A DNA stretch of 64,000 bases from an uncultured virus (IMG/VR IMGVR_UViG_3300037563_000115) (IMGVR_UViG_3300037563_000115); one strand, 5' to 3'; positions 46,453-56,495 are shown, numbered from the stretch's first letter. The notes: generated from the letters alone by a model not told the origin. Translations and numbers: made by a program.

Positions 46453-46557
46453 TTACTTGCTCCCTGTTCTATGATATTCAGCCCAACAGAAATCACACAA
46501 ACCATCCTGGCTAGACGGTTCCCCACATACCTCACAAGGGAAATCAAAATTAATCAT
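46453..46557 (-). CDS. 34-aa Zn-finger microprotein
   Basis: MINFDFPCEVCGEPSSQDGLCDFCW; GAGGA RBS; start moved to 46557. Confidence 0.6.
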   Translation of the reverse strand: MINFDFPCEVCGEPSSQDGLCDFCWAEYHRTGSK

Positions 46558-46570
46558 ATTACTTTCCTCC

Positions 46571-46675
46571 TCAAGAATGCCAAACCATCTTACTCCAACA
46601 AGTGTCACACAATCCATATTCCTCTTCAATAGGGTGCCCACATATATCACATTTGAAATCTAATAGTTTACCCAT
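46571..46675 (-). CDS. 34-aa Zn-finger microprotein (paralogue of 46453-46557)
   Basis: Hand translation: MGKLLDFKCDICGHPIEEEYGLCDTCWSKMVWHS. Confidence 0.6.
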   Translation of the reverse strand: MGKLLDFKCDICGHPIEEEYGLCDTCWSKMVWHS

Positions 46676-46680
46676 AATTA

Positions 46681-46709
46681 AGTATACCTCATTATTACTT
46701 ACTTGTCAA
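46681..46709 (-). promoter_or_regulatory. Sigma70-type promoter (leaderless)
   Basis: TTGACA-N17-TATACT, 5 nt before ATG 46675. Confidence 0.8.
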
Positions 46710-46894
46710 GGGCTTTCTTGTAATCATCATAAATAGTTAACAATGTTTGATTAGTTACCGTGAGCCCAAAGTTAACCAGCAATGCTGCCTCTAGGCCAAT
46801 CAGATTCATTTGGAACTCAATATGTGTTGCCAGGAATCTAGCAAGCTTCTTACAATATGCTCTATGCTGTCTCTTAGTCATAACAGGGTATTTC

Positions 46895-47083
46895 TTATCC
46901 ATTTTTAAGTTCCTCTCTTTTCTCAATCAATTCTAAATATTTAAGATTGTCTGGCTTATAAGTATGGAAAGATATTTTATGGATTCCACTATGACAAGCT
47001 TGACAAGCATCCCATATTCTTGAACTACTTATTGTATGAAAAGCCATTCCGTGACCACATTTACAAGGAAATTCTTTATTCAT
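46895..47083 (-). CDS. Cys/His finger microprotein with NLxYLE tag
   Basis: MNKEFPCKCGHGMAFH...CQAC...HTYKPDNLKYLE; start moved to 47083. Confidence 0.8.
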   Translation of the reverse strand: MNKEFPCKCGHGMAFHTISSSRIWDACQACHSGIHKISFHTYKPDNLKYLELIEKREELKNG

Positions 47084-47331
47084 AGTGATTGACACTCTCT
47101 TACCCAAGGGAATACATCTTCAATTTCTGCTCCTGCTTTAATCTTCTTAAGTCCTTCAAGATTCTCTAAGTATTTAAGATTTTCTCCTCTGCTCTTAAAG
47201 CCAAGCTCTGTAATACGTTCTAAGGTAGTTATGAACTCATCTCTATCATCTGTCACAATATATCTTTTCTTAGGGGGTTTAGGGCCATTTAAAATCTCGG
47301 TCAAAGTATCTATATCCCAACCTATTGCCAT
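47080..47331 (-). CDS. Hypothetical protein with NLxYLE tag (no finger)
   Basis: GENLKYLEN. Confidence 0.65.
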   Translation of the reverse strand: MAIGWDIDTLTEILNGPKPPKKRYIVTDDRDEFITTLERITELGFKSRGENLKYLENLEGLKKIKAGAEIEDVFPWVRECQSL

Positions 47332-47443
47332 TATTCTACCCTCATTGCACAGCAGGATGCTTTACAGAAAGTAACATGCAGCCATCCAAAAAAGTTATTA
47401 TTAACCCATTTGTGACAATCATAACAATACCTAGGCCAACACA

Positions 47444-48103
47444 TTATTCATTCTCCTTATTAGAAAGCTCTTCTTTCAATTGTTCTGTAATCAAAGGACG
47501 CACATCTGGCCCTGTAAAGTTAACTGGGGTAGCTTTATAGGCTATCCTAGTGTATAATGACGATCCAACAAGTTTCTCTAATACCTTCAAATTCTCACAA
47601 TTAGAAGTATAAATAGTAGGCAAATTATGCCTAACTCGATAGTCAACCAAGCTTCCAAGCTCTTCCTGTCCTGCTGCAAGGTTATTTCTAAATGCCCCAG
47701 GAGACAACTCATCTAATAGTAGGAATGGAGAAGTCTTAATCTCTTGCACCATATTTACAAAATGATCTGCAAAGTTTCCACAATACTTTAAATAATCAAA
47801 ACAACGAATAGAAACAATTTTAGTATACCCAACAGTTTCTCTTTGACCTACTCTATCCCACTTAACCCTGCCTTCTTGAGCCTTACCAAGCACATAGTAA
47901 GATACATAAGTCTTGCCAGTCCCATTAGATATTCCATAGAATAGTAGACCTGCTCCATTCTTCTCATTAGCAAATAAATTCTTCAAATACTCATTAACTG
48001 TCTGTTTAATTGGTTCAATAACAACAGGATCACCAATCATATCAACAATATCAAAATTCTTATACTCAGCAGGTATTTGTCGTTCAATTTCGCATAGACT
48101 CAT
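47444..48103 (-). CDS. DnaC/IstB-like AAA+ ATPase (helicase loader-like)
   Basis: GLLFYGISNGTGKT, FLLLDEL, VDYR...LPTIYTSN, YTRI. Confidence 0.8.
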   Translation of the reverse strand: MSLCEIERQIPAEYKNFDIVDMIGDPVVIEPIKQTVNEYLKNLFANEKNGAGLLFYGISNGTGKTYVSYYVLGKAQEGRVKWDRVGQRETVGYTKIVSIRCFDYLKYCGNFADHFVNMVQEIKTSPFLLLDELSPGAFRNNLAAGQEELGSLVDYRVRHNLPTIYTSNCENLKVLEKLVGSSLYTRIAYKATPVNFTGPDVRPLITEQLKEELSNKENE

Positions 48104-48627
48104 TTCTTAAATCTCCTTCCCTTCATAGATTTCCTAACAACATCTTTCTGTCCTTCCTTTCCTTCATTCTCAATGGGTTGTTTATTAGAAACATCATCCT
48201 GTAAATCCTTAAGCACTTCATATTCTTCACCCCACCAGGAATATTCACCCTTCCTTTTCCAAGTAAGATTATCAACTACAAAGCCATGTTTCTTTATACC
48301 CCTCATTAAAACAGGGATATCAAACTTATTAAAACCATTCTCTTTCCACGTATCAAACAAGGCTTCATACACAGGATCTTTATAGGACCAATCTCTAATC
48401 TCACCTATGTCTGATATAGGAATTTTCCAAAAATGAGCATACTTCTCAATTGATTTATAAATAGAATACACATGACCTGCAAAGGATCTATAGCTGCCTT
48501 GATCCTTCTTTTGCTTCTTCGATAGTGTCTCTGATGTTTTAATCTTCGTCTCCTTAGATTTCTTCTTACCTGTCATTGCCTTGCTAATCTTTTCTTTAGA
48601 CTCTTCTGAATGTTTTTTGTTATGCAC
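48100..48627 (-). CDS. NUMOD3-motif DNA-binding protein
   Basis: KKHSEESKEKISKAMTGKKKSKETKIK; GTG 48627 after GGAG. Confidence 0.6.
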   Translation of the reverse strand: MHNKKHSEESKEKISKAMTGKKKSKETKIKTSETLSKKQKKDQGSYRSFAGHVYSIYKSIEKYAHFWKIPISDIGEIRDWSYKDPVYEALFDTWKENGFNKFDIPVLMRGIKKHGFVVDNLTWKRKGEYSWWGEEYEVLKDLQDDVSNKQPIENEGKEGQKDVVRKSMKGRRFKK

Positions 48628-48643
48628 ATCTACTCCTATAATA

Positions 48644-48672
48644 AGTATACATCGAAAACTAACCATTGTCAA
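48644..48672 (-). promoter_or_regulatory. Sigma70-type promoter
   Basis: TTGACA-N17-TATACT. Confidence 0.8.
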
Positions 48673-48748
48673 GTGTTATATATGTATATCTTATTAGTCT
48701 TATATAAATAAGAAATAATATAGATGTATATGGTTAGTTTTGCTTTTG

Positions 48749-48928
48749 TTAACTACTCTTAACTTCCTTCAGCATCTCTATCCCTTCTAAATATTCTAAA
48801 TTGGTTATATACTTCTTATTAAGAAAATTATCAAGCCACTTCTTATTCCAAGTCCAATAAGTAACTGCAGGATTAACTTGCATATAAATGCTATTCTTCC
48901 TATATGGGTTGATCTTCCATTCTCTCAT
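48749..48928 (-). CDS. Microprotein with NLxYLE tag (59 aa, below cutoff, no finger)
   Basis: MREWKINPYRKNSIYMQVNPAVTYWTWNKKWLDNFLNKKYITNLEYLEGIEMLKEVKSS. Confidence 0.7.
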   Translation of the reverse strand: MREWKINPYRKNSIYMQVNPAVTYWTWNKKWLDNFLNKKYITNLEYLEGIEMLKEVKSS

Positions 48929-49254
48929 ATCTTCTTAACCTTATCCTTATATGGTTTCAAATTAGATACAATCTCCAAGTAAAAAAGGTTGCTCCTAGTA
49001 TCAGGTGGATTAGCATTTCTCATACAATCTAGATGACTTTCTGCAAATTTGATATCTTCTACGGTGGGATCTTCCATACGTCTGCAGTTTAAATGTTTGA
49101 CAAATTTCCAAACGTTCTCTCCTTCCCACCATACTGTTAACCGTACACCATTCTTATTAGTGACAAGAGCACTGTAAACTACTACACCTCGTTTATCTTT
49201 ATAAGTAACAAGCTCTCCTACTCCTAATGTATTAAGCTTTTTTGTATACTTCAT
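48925..49254 (-). CDS. SH3-like protein with NLxYLE tag
   Basis: VGELVTYKDKRGVV...RSNLFYLE. Confidence 0.65.
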   Translation of the reverse strand: MKYTKKLNTLGVGELVTYKDKRGVVVYSALVTNKNGVRLTVWWEGENVWKFVKHLNCRRMEDPTVEDIKFAESHLDCMRNANPPDTRSNLFYLEIVSNLKPYKDKVKKI

Positions 49255-49397
49255 CTCTAAATTTCTCTGGTACTAAAATTGCATCACAATCTAAACAAAT
49301 CTCAATAGACTCATGATTTTGCTCTTGCTCAAAATTAGCTGAATAAAAGAAAAGTTTACCCTGTTTCTGTGCTTCTATGATTGCTGCTTTAATATGT

Positions 49398-49586
49398 TCA
49401 TTCATTGCATTTCATCTCCAAGTACTCCAGATTATCAAGAGGCTCATATCCATCACAATGACATTCAGGATTTGCAAGTGTTCCATCAAAATTAAGCAAC
49501 CACCCAGAATTACACTGTGAACCATCAGCATCATCTAAATGAATGCCCTTAACATGATAACAATGTCGGCATCTATCTACTTTCAT
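49398..49586 (-). CDS. Cys/His finger microprotein with NLxYLE tag
   Basis: CRHCYHVKGIH...CHCDGYEPLDNLEYLE. Confidence 0.8.
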   Translation of the reverse strand: MKVDRCRHCYHVKGIHLDDADGSQCNSGWLLNFDGTLANPECHCDGYEPLDNLEYLEMKCNE

Positions 49587-49773
49587 TTAATTGCTCCAGG
49601 TAACGAAGGTTATCTGCTTTATACCCTAAACAAAATGAATTATCAATACATCCCTCACAGTAACAACCAACAACCATTCTTACACTTTCCCCAGTCCAAC
49701 TATGCATAGTCTGATAAACATCAATGTGGCTAATCTTGTTATGACCACAAGTACAAGGGAAATCTATTTGCAT
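49573..49773 (-). CDS. Cys/His finger microprotein with NLxYLE tag
   Basis: FPCTCGHNKISH...CLGYKADNLRYLE. Confidence 0.8.
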   Translation of the reverse strand: MQIDFPCTCGHNKISHIDVYQTMHSWTGESVRMVVGCYCEGCIDNSFCLGYKADNLRYLEQLNESR

Positions 49774-50006
49774 AATCCAGTCTCTCGCAGCCGTTCATCC
49801 TCTTCTAATTTGCTTATTCTCTTGTCATGATCTGTAAGAATATCCTCATGATCTGTAACCCAGGAATTCAAATTAGTAATAGTAGTCTCAGCTGTAGCGA
49901 TTCGATGCACTACATAAAAGGCCCCTGTAGCAAGAGAGCTTAATATTGTAAACACTATTGAGATAATAGTCCAGTATGTTGTTAGGAACTTAATTATTTT
50001 ACTCAT
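49764..50006 (-). CDS. Small membrane protein with coiled coil
   Basis: N-terminal hydrophobic helix, DHDKRISKLE. Confidence 0.55.
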   Translation of the reverse strand: MSKIIKFLTTYWTIISIVFTILSSLATGAFYVVHRIATAETTITNLNSWVTDHEDILTDHDKRISKLEEDERLRETGLCK

Positions 50007-50136
50007 ATCTTCTCCAAGTCTATTGTACCATATCCATCACATTCCCTACAAACATCATGAATTATGTTAGTTATTTTAATCACTCCTGTACCAAGACAAT
50101 ATGGGCAAGGTTTCATTTTGTTACCCACATTACTAA

Positions 50137-50165
50137 AATATATACCAAGTAAACAAATTTGTCAA
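50137..50165 (-). promoter_or_regulatory. Sigma70-type promoter
   Basis: TTGACA-N17-TATATT. Confidence 0.6.
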
Positions 50166-50242
50166 TTAGGTTCATTATTTAACTCCTGTCAATAAATAAT
50201 GTATCCAATTAGCTAATCTGTCAATCCAGCATAATTTGCTAT

Positions 50243-50389
50243 TCATCCTATCTCTTCTCCTTCAAAATGATCTTTATATTCTCGGCACAGACAACCTTCT
50301 GGATATTCACATATCTTCTTACCTGGAGCACAGGGGCATTCTCCCGTATGCACTTCATAAGGATGCTTGCAGCGTCTGCAGTCTTTCAT
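50243..50389 (-). CDS. Cys/His finger microprotein (48 aa, no tag)
   Basis: MKDCRRCKHPYEVHTGECPC...CLCREYKDHFEGEEIG. Confidence 0.6.
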   Translation of the reverse strand: MKDCRRCKHPYEVHTGECPCAPGKKICEYPEGCLCREYKDHFEGEEIG

Positions 50390-50640
50390 TAGAATTGATC
50401 CCCCCAATCTATTAAATCCATCTCATCATCTTCATAATCCAACTCATCTCGTAAATTTGACCAACTCACTTTAATTGGAGATGGATTCTTCCCACCTCTC
50501 TTAGTATATTTACAATCAGGCCATTCGGAGCAGCCAAGGAAAGTATTTGTTGTCTTGCTATTTATTCGTTCAACTAGATAGCCATCAGTGCAATCTGGAC
50601 ACCCTTCTCCTGTATTTTTATTGGCATTGTTTAGCTTCAT
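50389..50640 (-). CDS. Topoisomerase-type C4 Zn-ribbon protein
   Basis: CPDCTDGYLVER...FLGCSEWPDCKYT. Confidence 0.75.
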   Translation of the reverse strand: MKLNNANKNTGEGCPDCTDGYLVERINSKTTNTFLGCSEWPDCKYTKRGGKNPSPIKVSWSNLRDELDYEDDEMDLIDWGDQF

Positions 50641-50821
50641 ATTGCTGCTCCAAATAAACTAAGTTACTCTTTTTATATTCTTGACATCCCTTAACAGCCC
50701 TAATTGGATTACACGCACAGCAGTTACCCCAAACAGTAGCTCCATTTCTTCCTACCCACCAATGTTCTGAAGCTTCATGTCCACATTCACAAGGAAAAAA
50801 GAAAATGTTATCTTGTTCCAT
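50618..50821 (-). CDS. Cys/His finger microprotein with NLxYLE tag
   Basis: FPCECGHEASEH...CQEYKKSNLVYLE. Confidence 0.8.
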   Translation of the reverse strand: MEQDNIFFFPCECGHEASEHWWVGRNGATVWGNCCACNPIRAVKGCQEYKKSNLVYLEQQYEAKQCQ

Positions 50822-51059
50822 TCTCTTCCTCCTCTTTCATCATAGCTAAATATTCTAAATACTCCAAACTATCTGTTGGAACATACCTACCACATTCACC
50901 CCTACGTCCAGCGGGATTACAGATGCAGCCCTTTAGGAAGCCTCTTATCTTACTATCCAATGGATGCATACAGGTACATTTCCTGCAGCTACTCTTAAAT
51001 GGTGGAATCCTCACATCTTTTATAATATGAGAGACTGATACACTTTTAGCCCAACTCAT
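50808..51059 (-). CDS. Cys/His finger protein with variant tag DSLEYLE
   Basis: CRKCTCMH...CGRYVPTDSLEYLEYL. Confidence 0.75.
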   Translation of the reverse strand: MSWAKSVSVSHIIKDVRIPPFKSSCRKCTCMHPLDSKIRGFLKGCICNPAGRRGECGRYVPTDSLEYLEYLAMMKEEEENGTR

Positions 51060-51239
51060 TTCCGTTCACATGCACTAAAGCAACCGTAGTCTCTCCAATT
51101 TGCATGATGTTTATGCCTATCACAAAGATAATAAGTTCTAAAAAATGCATTTCGAAGAGGAACAAAGATCTCATTACAATCTCTATGTTCACACATTCTA
51201 ATTAACTTACGAAACCAAATGGGAAACTTATTAATCAAC

Positions 51240-51575
51240 TTAGCAACCTTCATTCTCAATCTCTTCGAAGTCAGCTCCTGCACATCTTACTTCAGGTGTT
51301 TCACTTTCCAGAACATAAGCATAAGTATCAACACCGTGATTACCATTATCTACAAACTTCTCAACCAACTTAGGAACAAACACTCGGCCATCCGAAAGAA
51401 TTACTTTAACTCCCATTGCGAGACCACCATCCAAGATAGCGATTTCCGTCTTCTCAATTTTAATTCCCTGCGTTAATAGTAGCTCATCCTCCAAGAGATC
51501 AACAGGCTGCTTACTAGTAAGTTTGCTAAGCAACTCCACAACAGATGGAACATTATACTCTTGCTCCCAACTCAT
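51240..51575 (-). CDS. Hypothetical protein
   Basis: 111 aa; AGGAG RBS. Confidence 0.55.
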   Translation of the reverse strand: MSWEQEYNVPSVVELLSKLTSKQPVDLLEDELLLTQGIKIEKTEIAILDGGLAMGVKVILSDGRVFVPKLVEKFVDNGNHGVDTYAYVLESETPEVRCAGADFEEIENEGC

Positions 51576-51975
51576 AATTAACTCCTTTTAAGTTTCTTTT
51601 TGTAAGGACTCTTCAATCCAGATAGTTTATATACTAAAGGCTCATCTTGTGGTTCATTCAATGCAGTTTGTTCTATTTGACATGTATCTGAGCAATAATC
51701 AGTCGGAGATGCTGCATCAGAACACTCAGCACAAAAATGCTGATTACAGTTTAAACATTCATAAATAGATTTAGAATTCATATTATCCCCAATTTTGGAA
51801 TGGCCTATGCCAAGTCAACAATTCTTTCTCAGAAATGGTATGTGTGCCTTTATTTAAAGTATCTTGAATAATCCAAACAGAATCATCACTACAATATCTT
51901 CCCATTACCATATAAACAATATCATGATATGAATAGCATTGCCCAATTTGAATCTTATTCTTTTTCATGATCTTA

Positions 51976-52004
51976 AGTATATCACCTTTCTAATTATTTG
52001 TCAA
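51976..52004 (-). promoter_or_regulatory. Sigma70-type promoter (leaderless)
   Basis: TTGACA-N17-TATACT, 7 nt before ATG 51968. Confidence 0.8.
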
Positions 52005-52265
52005 GTCTTTTATGTTTAAGATACCTAATCTTTTTATTCTGCTTATCACACATCTGTTTACCATAAATTAAGCCCTCGTAATACCCAAGAGCTTCCCCAT
52101 CCTGTAAGCCATAAGAATAGGCACAATCCAACGTGAGTTGCAGATTATGACTATGCTGATACTTGTACTTTCCATCAACCAATCCTCTATTATAAACATA
52201 AAGGTAAGATGATAGAAGAACTAAAGTAAGGCCAACAAAAGCAATTGTTGTTTTCATTTTATTGT

Positions 52266-52691
52266 TCATAGATCTGCTCCTGCCTTCCCCTCTCCTAATG
52301 CCTGGATCTGATCTCTAAGCCCTTCAATAATCCCTAGCAGCTTCATATTAGTCTCTTCCAAGTTCTTATTCTTTGCCCGTAATATCTCAGCCTCATTAGA
52401 AAGATCTTTATTTGTAGGCTTATATACAGCCGCTTCAGCTACGGCAACTACCGTTCCATCATTAAACTTCCACACATTGACTGTCTTACGTGTTAAAGGA
52501 GATACCTGCCTCCGTACCACAAAGAGAAGGCCCTTCTTGGCCAACCTGGAGATAGTGGTATGAATTGAATTAGAACGTGAAGTATCCCCATGAGCTTCTT
52601 CATACAAAGGGAACACTTCTTCAGCCATCAGTTCAGGATGGGCCTGAAAGATATCTAGAACTCGTTCTTCGATGACTTGTTCGGTAGCCAT
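52266..52691 (-). CDS. Winged-HTH protein with coiled-coil tail
   Basis: SIHTTISRLAKKGLL...VNVWKF; GGAGG RBS. Confidence 0.6.
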   Translation of the reverse strand: MATEQVIEERVLDIFQAHPELMAEEVFPLYEEAHGDTSRSNSIHTTISRLAKKGLLFVVRRQVSPLTRKTVNVWKFNDGTVVAVAEAAVYKPTNKDLSNEAEILRAKNKNLEETNMKLLGIIEGLRDQIQALGEGKAGADL

Positions 52692-52693
52692 GG

Positions 52694-53002
52694 TTATTTA
52701 CCCTCCACTTTGTTAGTAGGGAAAAGCTGCTTAACGATTGCAATAACCTTCTGATCAGCTCCACCGATATGCCATTCATATTTGAACGTTGGAGTCTCAT
52801 CCTGCTTGTAATCATAGATCGTGAACACAATCCCATCCTCCGTTATGAAATCCCATTCAGCCGTTGTCTTATCTCCACCAGTGTAATGAGGATCACCCAA
52901 GGCTGCAACCAACTCAGCATAGGTTATTAGCATATCACCTTGGAAGCTCGTGTTGCCGATGTCTTCGGTAGCGGTTATTTTATTCATACTTAAGTCTAAC
53001 AT
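52694..53002 (-). CDS. Conserved phage protein
   Basis: TSFQG..TYAELVAALGDP..DKTTAEW..FTIYDYK..WHIGG. Confidence 0.65.
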   Translation of the reverse strand: MLDLSMNKITATEDIGNTSFQGDMLITYAELVAALGDPHYTGGDKTTAEWDFITEDGIVFTIYDYKQDETPTFKYEWHIGGADQKVIAIVKQLFPTNKVEGK

Positions 53003-53790
53003 ACTTACCTACTATTTGCAATGGGCCATTGGACCCTATTTTACTTTGCGTACCATAACCTTATCTCCATGCTTCTTCTTAGCCATAGCGACAGCTTGCT
53101 TCTCATCCTCTGCTTCTATAATGTCAACCCTGGTCCAACCGCCAGCGATTGTAGGAGAATCAGGTACATATACCTTGTATTTCATTTAATCCTCAGTATA
53201 ATTAAAGCCTTTTTTAAATCCATTTTTTAAAGGAATAGCATATCCCTCATATGCAGAATCCCAAGGATCTGCATGTACTCTGGCTAACCTTTCAAACTCA
53301 GCATCTCGAAGGCAAGCTACACATTGCTTTTCTTTCTTATTATGGATAGGCAATCCACAGGAACACTTACGATAGGTATTCATTTTAAGCAGCCCTCCCA
53401 AAAGCCTCTGCAACAGCCACAGGGATTGGTTTCACGACCTCTTCAACCGTCTGGGTCCTCGTGACTACCTTCCATAGGTTCATAGGCTTAAACGCTGCAA
53501 CAGTCAAATGACTCACTAAGGTTAACGCTAATAGGTTCATTATTTAACTCCTTTTGTGGTTTCTTCCACAAACTTATCAAACAGCCAAGTAACAAATTGA
53601 TTAGTCACATATTCTTTATGTTGTTCATATGAAAGATATGGATCTTCATCATGTCTTTTCGCAGCCATGCAATCAATCTTCCATTCTACTTCATCGGATA
53701 ATTTAATAGTAGTCATATTAATTCTCCTATCTAGGATTATTATACCAAAACCACAAGTCAGCTAGGAAGTTCCATATAGTTTTCATATAA

Positions 53791-53822
53791 TAAGTATAAC
53801 AGGACATTGTTATCTTGTCAAG
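53791..53822 (-). repeat. 32-bp exact repeat containing a sigma70 promoter, copy 1
   Basis: taagtataacaggacattgttatcttgtcaag, identical to 56518-56549; TTGACA-N17-TATACT. Confidence 0.85.
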
Positions 53823-54046
53823 ACCTAAATTACATCTCATTAATTTCTGCAGCCATTCCTCTCACTATAGCATATTTAGTAATTAAAGAGGGTTTCCCAA
53901 GTAATAGCCTAGCATATTCAATGCTAGAAATCAATTCCTTTTGATATAAAGTATTACTTTCTTCTTTTAAATAGTCAATCTCAACCTGCTGCTCATCAAT
54001 GGATTGTTCCAATAGATGAATATAATCGTGCATTCTATTAAACTCT

Positions 54047-54265
54047 TTAATTATCTGCGTTTGATCTGCTCTCATATTGCTCCTCCAAGTATTCAAGGTT
54101 ATCTGGTTTAAATAGATGCCAAGGATAATAAGCATAAACTCTAGTTTCAATACTATTATATTGAACATGCTGACACATGGAACATCTAGGTATATCATGT
54201 GGTTCATTAAGATAATGATAAGCTTTCATATGTCCACATTCACAAGTAAACTTACTCTCCACCAT
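54047..54265 (-). CDS. Cys/His finger microprotein with NLxYLE tag
   Basis: FTCECGHMKAYH...CSMC...HLFKPDNLEYLE. Confidence 0.8.
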   Translation of the reverse strand: MVESKFTCECGHMKAYHYLNEPHDIPRCSMCQHVQYNSIETRVYAYYPWHLFKPDNLEYLEEQYESRSNADN

Positions 54266-54583
54266 AAGATCTCTCCTTCCACACTTCCCCAGGATCTAAA
54301 ATTATAGTAACCGTCCCAAGGCACATCAAGCATTCATAGGTTATAGCATTACTACTTTCCTGTACTTTTCTTACTGGGCTGCTCTTTCTACACCAACAAT
54401 TATAAACCTTCATAGCTATCGACCCCCATAGAACATCTAAGGACCTTTAAAAATCTAATTAGAAATAATGAATATAATCTATCTATTCTGTCATCACTCT
54501 ATAATAGACTCATCTCTAGCATACTTACTTACTTGTCTCTTCTCTTATAACCCAGTAAACTTTACTTTCATTGATCTATAATA

Positions 54584-54781
54584 TTATGCCCTTCTAAACC
54601 CATTTGCCCTATCCTGTTCCAATTCTTCTAAATATCTTAGGTTATCAGCTTTAAATTCATGTAAATGTTCTAATGATTTCTGAGGTTTATTAGAAAAACA
54701 AGATATACAATACCCATGCATACTATGATGGACCTCAGTATGACCACAAATACAAATATTATTAGACCCTATAGATAACAT
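54584..54781 (-). CDS. Cys/His finger microprotein with NLxYLE tag
   Basis: CICGHTEVHH...CISC...HEFKADNLRYLE. Confidence 0.8.
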   Translation of the reverse strand: MLSIGSNNICICGHTEVHHSMHGYCISCFSNKPQKSLEHLHEFKADNLRYLEELEQDRANGFRRA

Positions 54782-55084
54782 TTAATTCCCAAAATAAATT
54801 ATAAGCCTCTTCTTCTGTAAGGTGGAATTTTTTCTTTCCTATCTGCAGCAATACTCTATCTCTCTTTCTATCCCGTTTCCTAAGCTCTTTAGCTTTCATT
54901 ATTTTAATCATACTCCACATCCATCTCTGTTAATTGTCTTTCAATCTTCTCAATCTCTTTATGAAGGTATCTAGCCATGCTGCGAAGCTCTATTTGCTCT
55001 GATTCATTGCTATCTAGTTCATACTTAAGACATTCCAGCTCATTCTGTAGCTGCTCAATATTATCTTGTTTAACTGCCTTTGAC

Positions 55085-55666
55085 TTACCCATTACTAGTT
55101 ACCTCCATAATCAGTGCTTTAGCTTCCTTCAGCGATATATGACTTTGCTTGATCCAATCATAGATGAGCTTAATAGGATCTTGTGCAGCCTTCAGCTTCT
55201 GTTGTCTATCTGTCAGCTGTTCCTTTTCAATAGACTTCTGCTCCAGCATCTCTAAATTAGTTTGCTTTTTATCAGCGTCTTCAGAAGCCTGGAGTGCCCG
55301 TAAGATTGCTTTCTTATAATCCCTGGAGCTGAATATTTCATAATCTACATCCCATTTGGATGCCTTACGGCCCCAGCCCATCTCACGTTCAAAGTCTGGT
55401 TCCATCGGGAAGATCTCACCCTGCCTGAAGAGGGGCCTCTCAAGGACAAGCATCCCAGCTGTTCCCCCCAGCTTCTTAATACCATTCTTATCTACAATCT
55501 CTGCATCCGTTATCATCAAATCTGACACCTCATCATAGAGATTACCATCCTCAGTATCAGAGGCACGAGTAATGACACACCATTTGAATCTTCCATCCTT
55601 CACATGGCAGCGATTACATTTAAACTTCTTATCATATGAGGGATCTCCACACTTCTTACACGCCAT
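55085..55666 (-). CDS. Hypothetical protein with internal variant tag TNLEMLE
   Basis: N-terminal CKKC..CNRC; GGAG RBS. Confidence 0.6.
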   Translation of the reverse strand: MACKKCGDPSYDKKFKCNRCHVKDGRFKWCVITRASDTEDGNLYDEVSDLMITDAEIVDKNGIKKLGGTAGMLVLERPLFRQGEIFPMEPDFEREMGWGRKASKWDVDYEIFSSRDYKKAILRALQASEDADKKQTNLEMLEQKSIEKEQLTDRQQKLKAAQDPIKLIYDWIKQSHISLKEAKALIMEVTSNG

Positions 55667-56123
55667 TGTTAGTTGTCTCCATTAATGACATCAATTAAAA
55701 TTGATATCACTATACCTACAATCAAACACCAAAGAAATACAGTAACCTGCTCTTGGGTGAACCTAATTAACATTGTTACTTATTCTCCCTTTACCCAGCC
55801 TCTATTAACCAAAATCTCAAGCGTAGATTTTGTATAATTGTCAGCATTAGAAATAATTTTAGAGCCATCCCACCATACAGTATATCCCAAATCTTTAAGA
55901 CCTTGCATCAAAGTGGTTTCATATCCATTAGGTTCATACATTGGATGGTCCTCCCTTATTTTTCTTTTCCTCAGCAAGTATCTCTTCAGCTATATCACCA
56001 ACAATCTGCAAGGAACGACTCAATTCCCCCATTATATAACAAATTCCAATTAATCCTTCATGCTTGTAAGCTGCTCTAACAGACAGTCTTAATGTAATCT
56101 CATCTTCCAGACTTATAAAAGGA

Positions 56124-56495
56124 TTAGACATTCTTATCTTCCTTTCTAATATAAGGATCAACAATCTCTCTAATCTGTTTAAGCTTATCTAAAGGAACAT
56201 CAGCCCATGATAGCTTATTTAATTTACTAGAAAATACTGCACGATATCTTTCCTCCTCAAACTTGGCTAAAGCTTCAGGAGTTGCTTCCCTAAGCATATG
56301 GGAATTCCATCCCCTACCACCTGCACCTGGAACAAAGCCGTCTTTCTTATACCGTGATTCATATCCACGAGGAGATTTAACAATAATCATGGTCTTGGTG
56401 AAACGTACTACCGTAGAGATAGTTTTGCCATCAAAATGCAAATCCTCAATAACTCGATCTCCAACCTTTAAATTCTCAAGCCATTGATCACTCAT
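56124..56495 (-). CDS. Beta-barrel (SH3-like) phage protein
   Basis: LENLKVGDRVI...VVRFTKTMIIV; GGAGG RBS. Confidence 0.6.
   Translation of the reverse strand: MSDQWLENLKVGDRVIEDLHFDGKTISTVVRFTKTMIIVKSPRGYESRYKKDGFVPGAGGRGWNSHMLREATPEALAKFEEERYRAVFSSKLNKLSWADVPLDKLKQIREIVDPYIRKEDKNV

Noticed and set aside
18323..54781. NLxYLE-encoding DNA as a CRISPR repeat, attC site or DGR target
   Set aside because: Spacing is irregular, variation is synonymous and not adenine-specific, the sequence is not palindromic, and no cas, integrase or RT gene is in the window.
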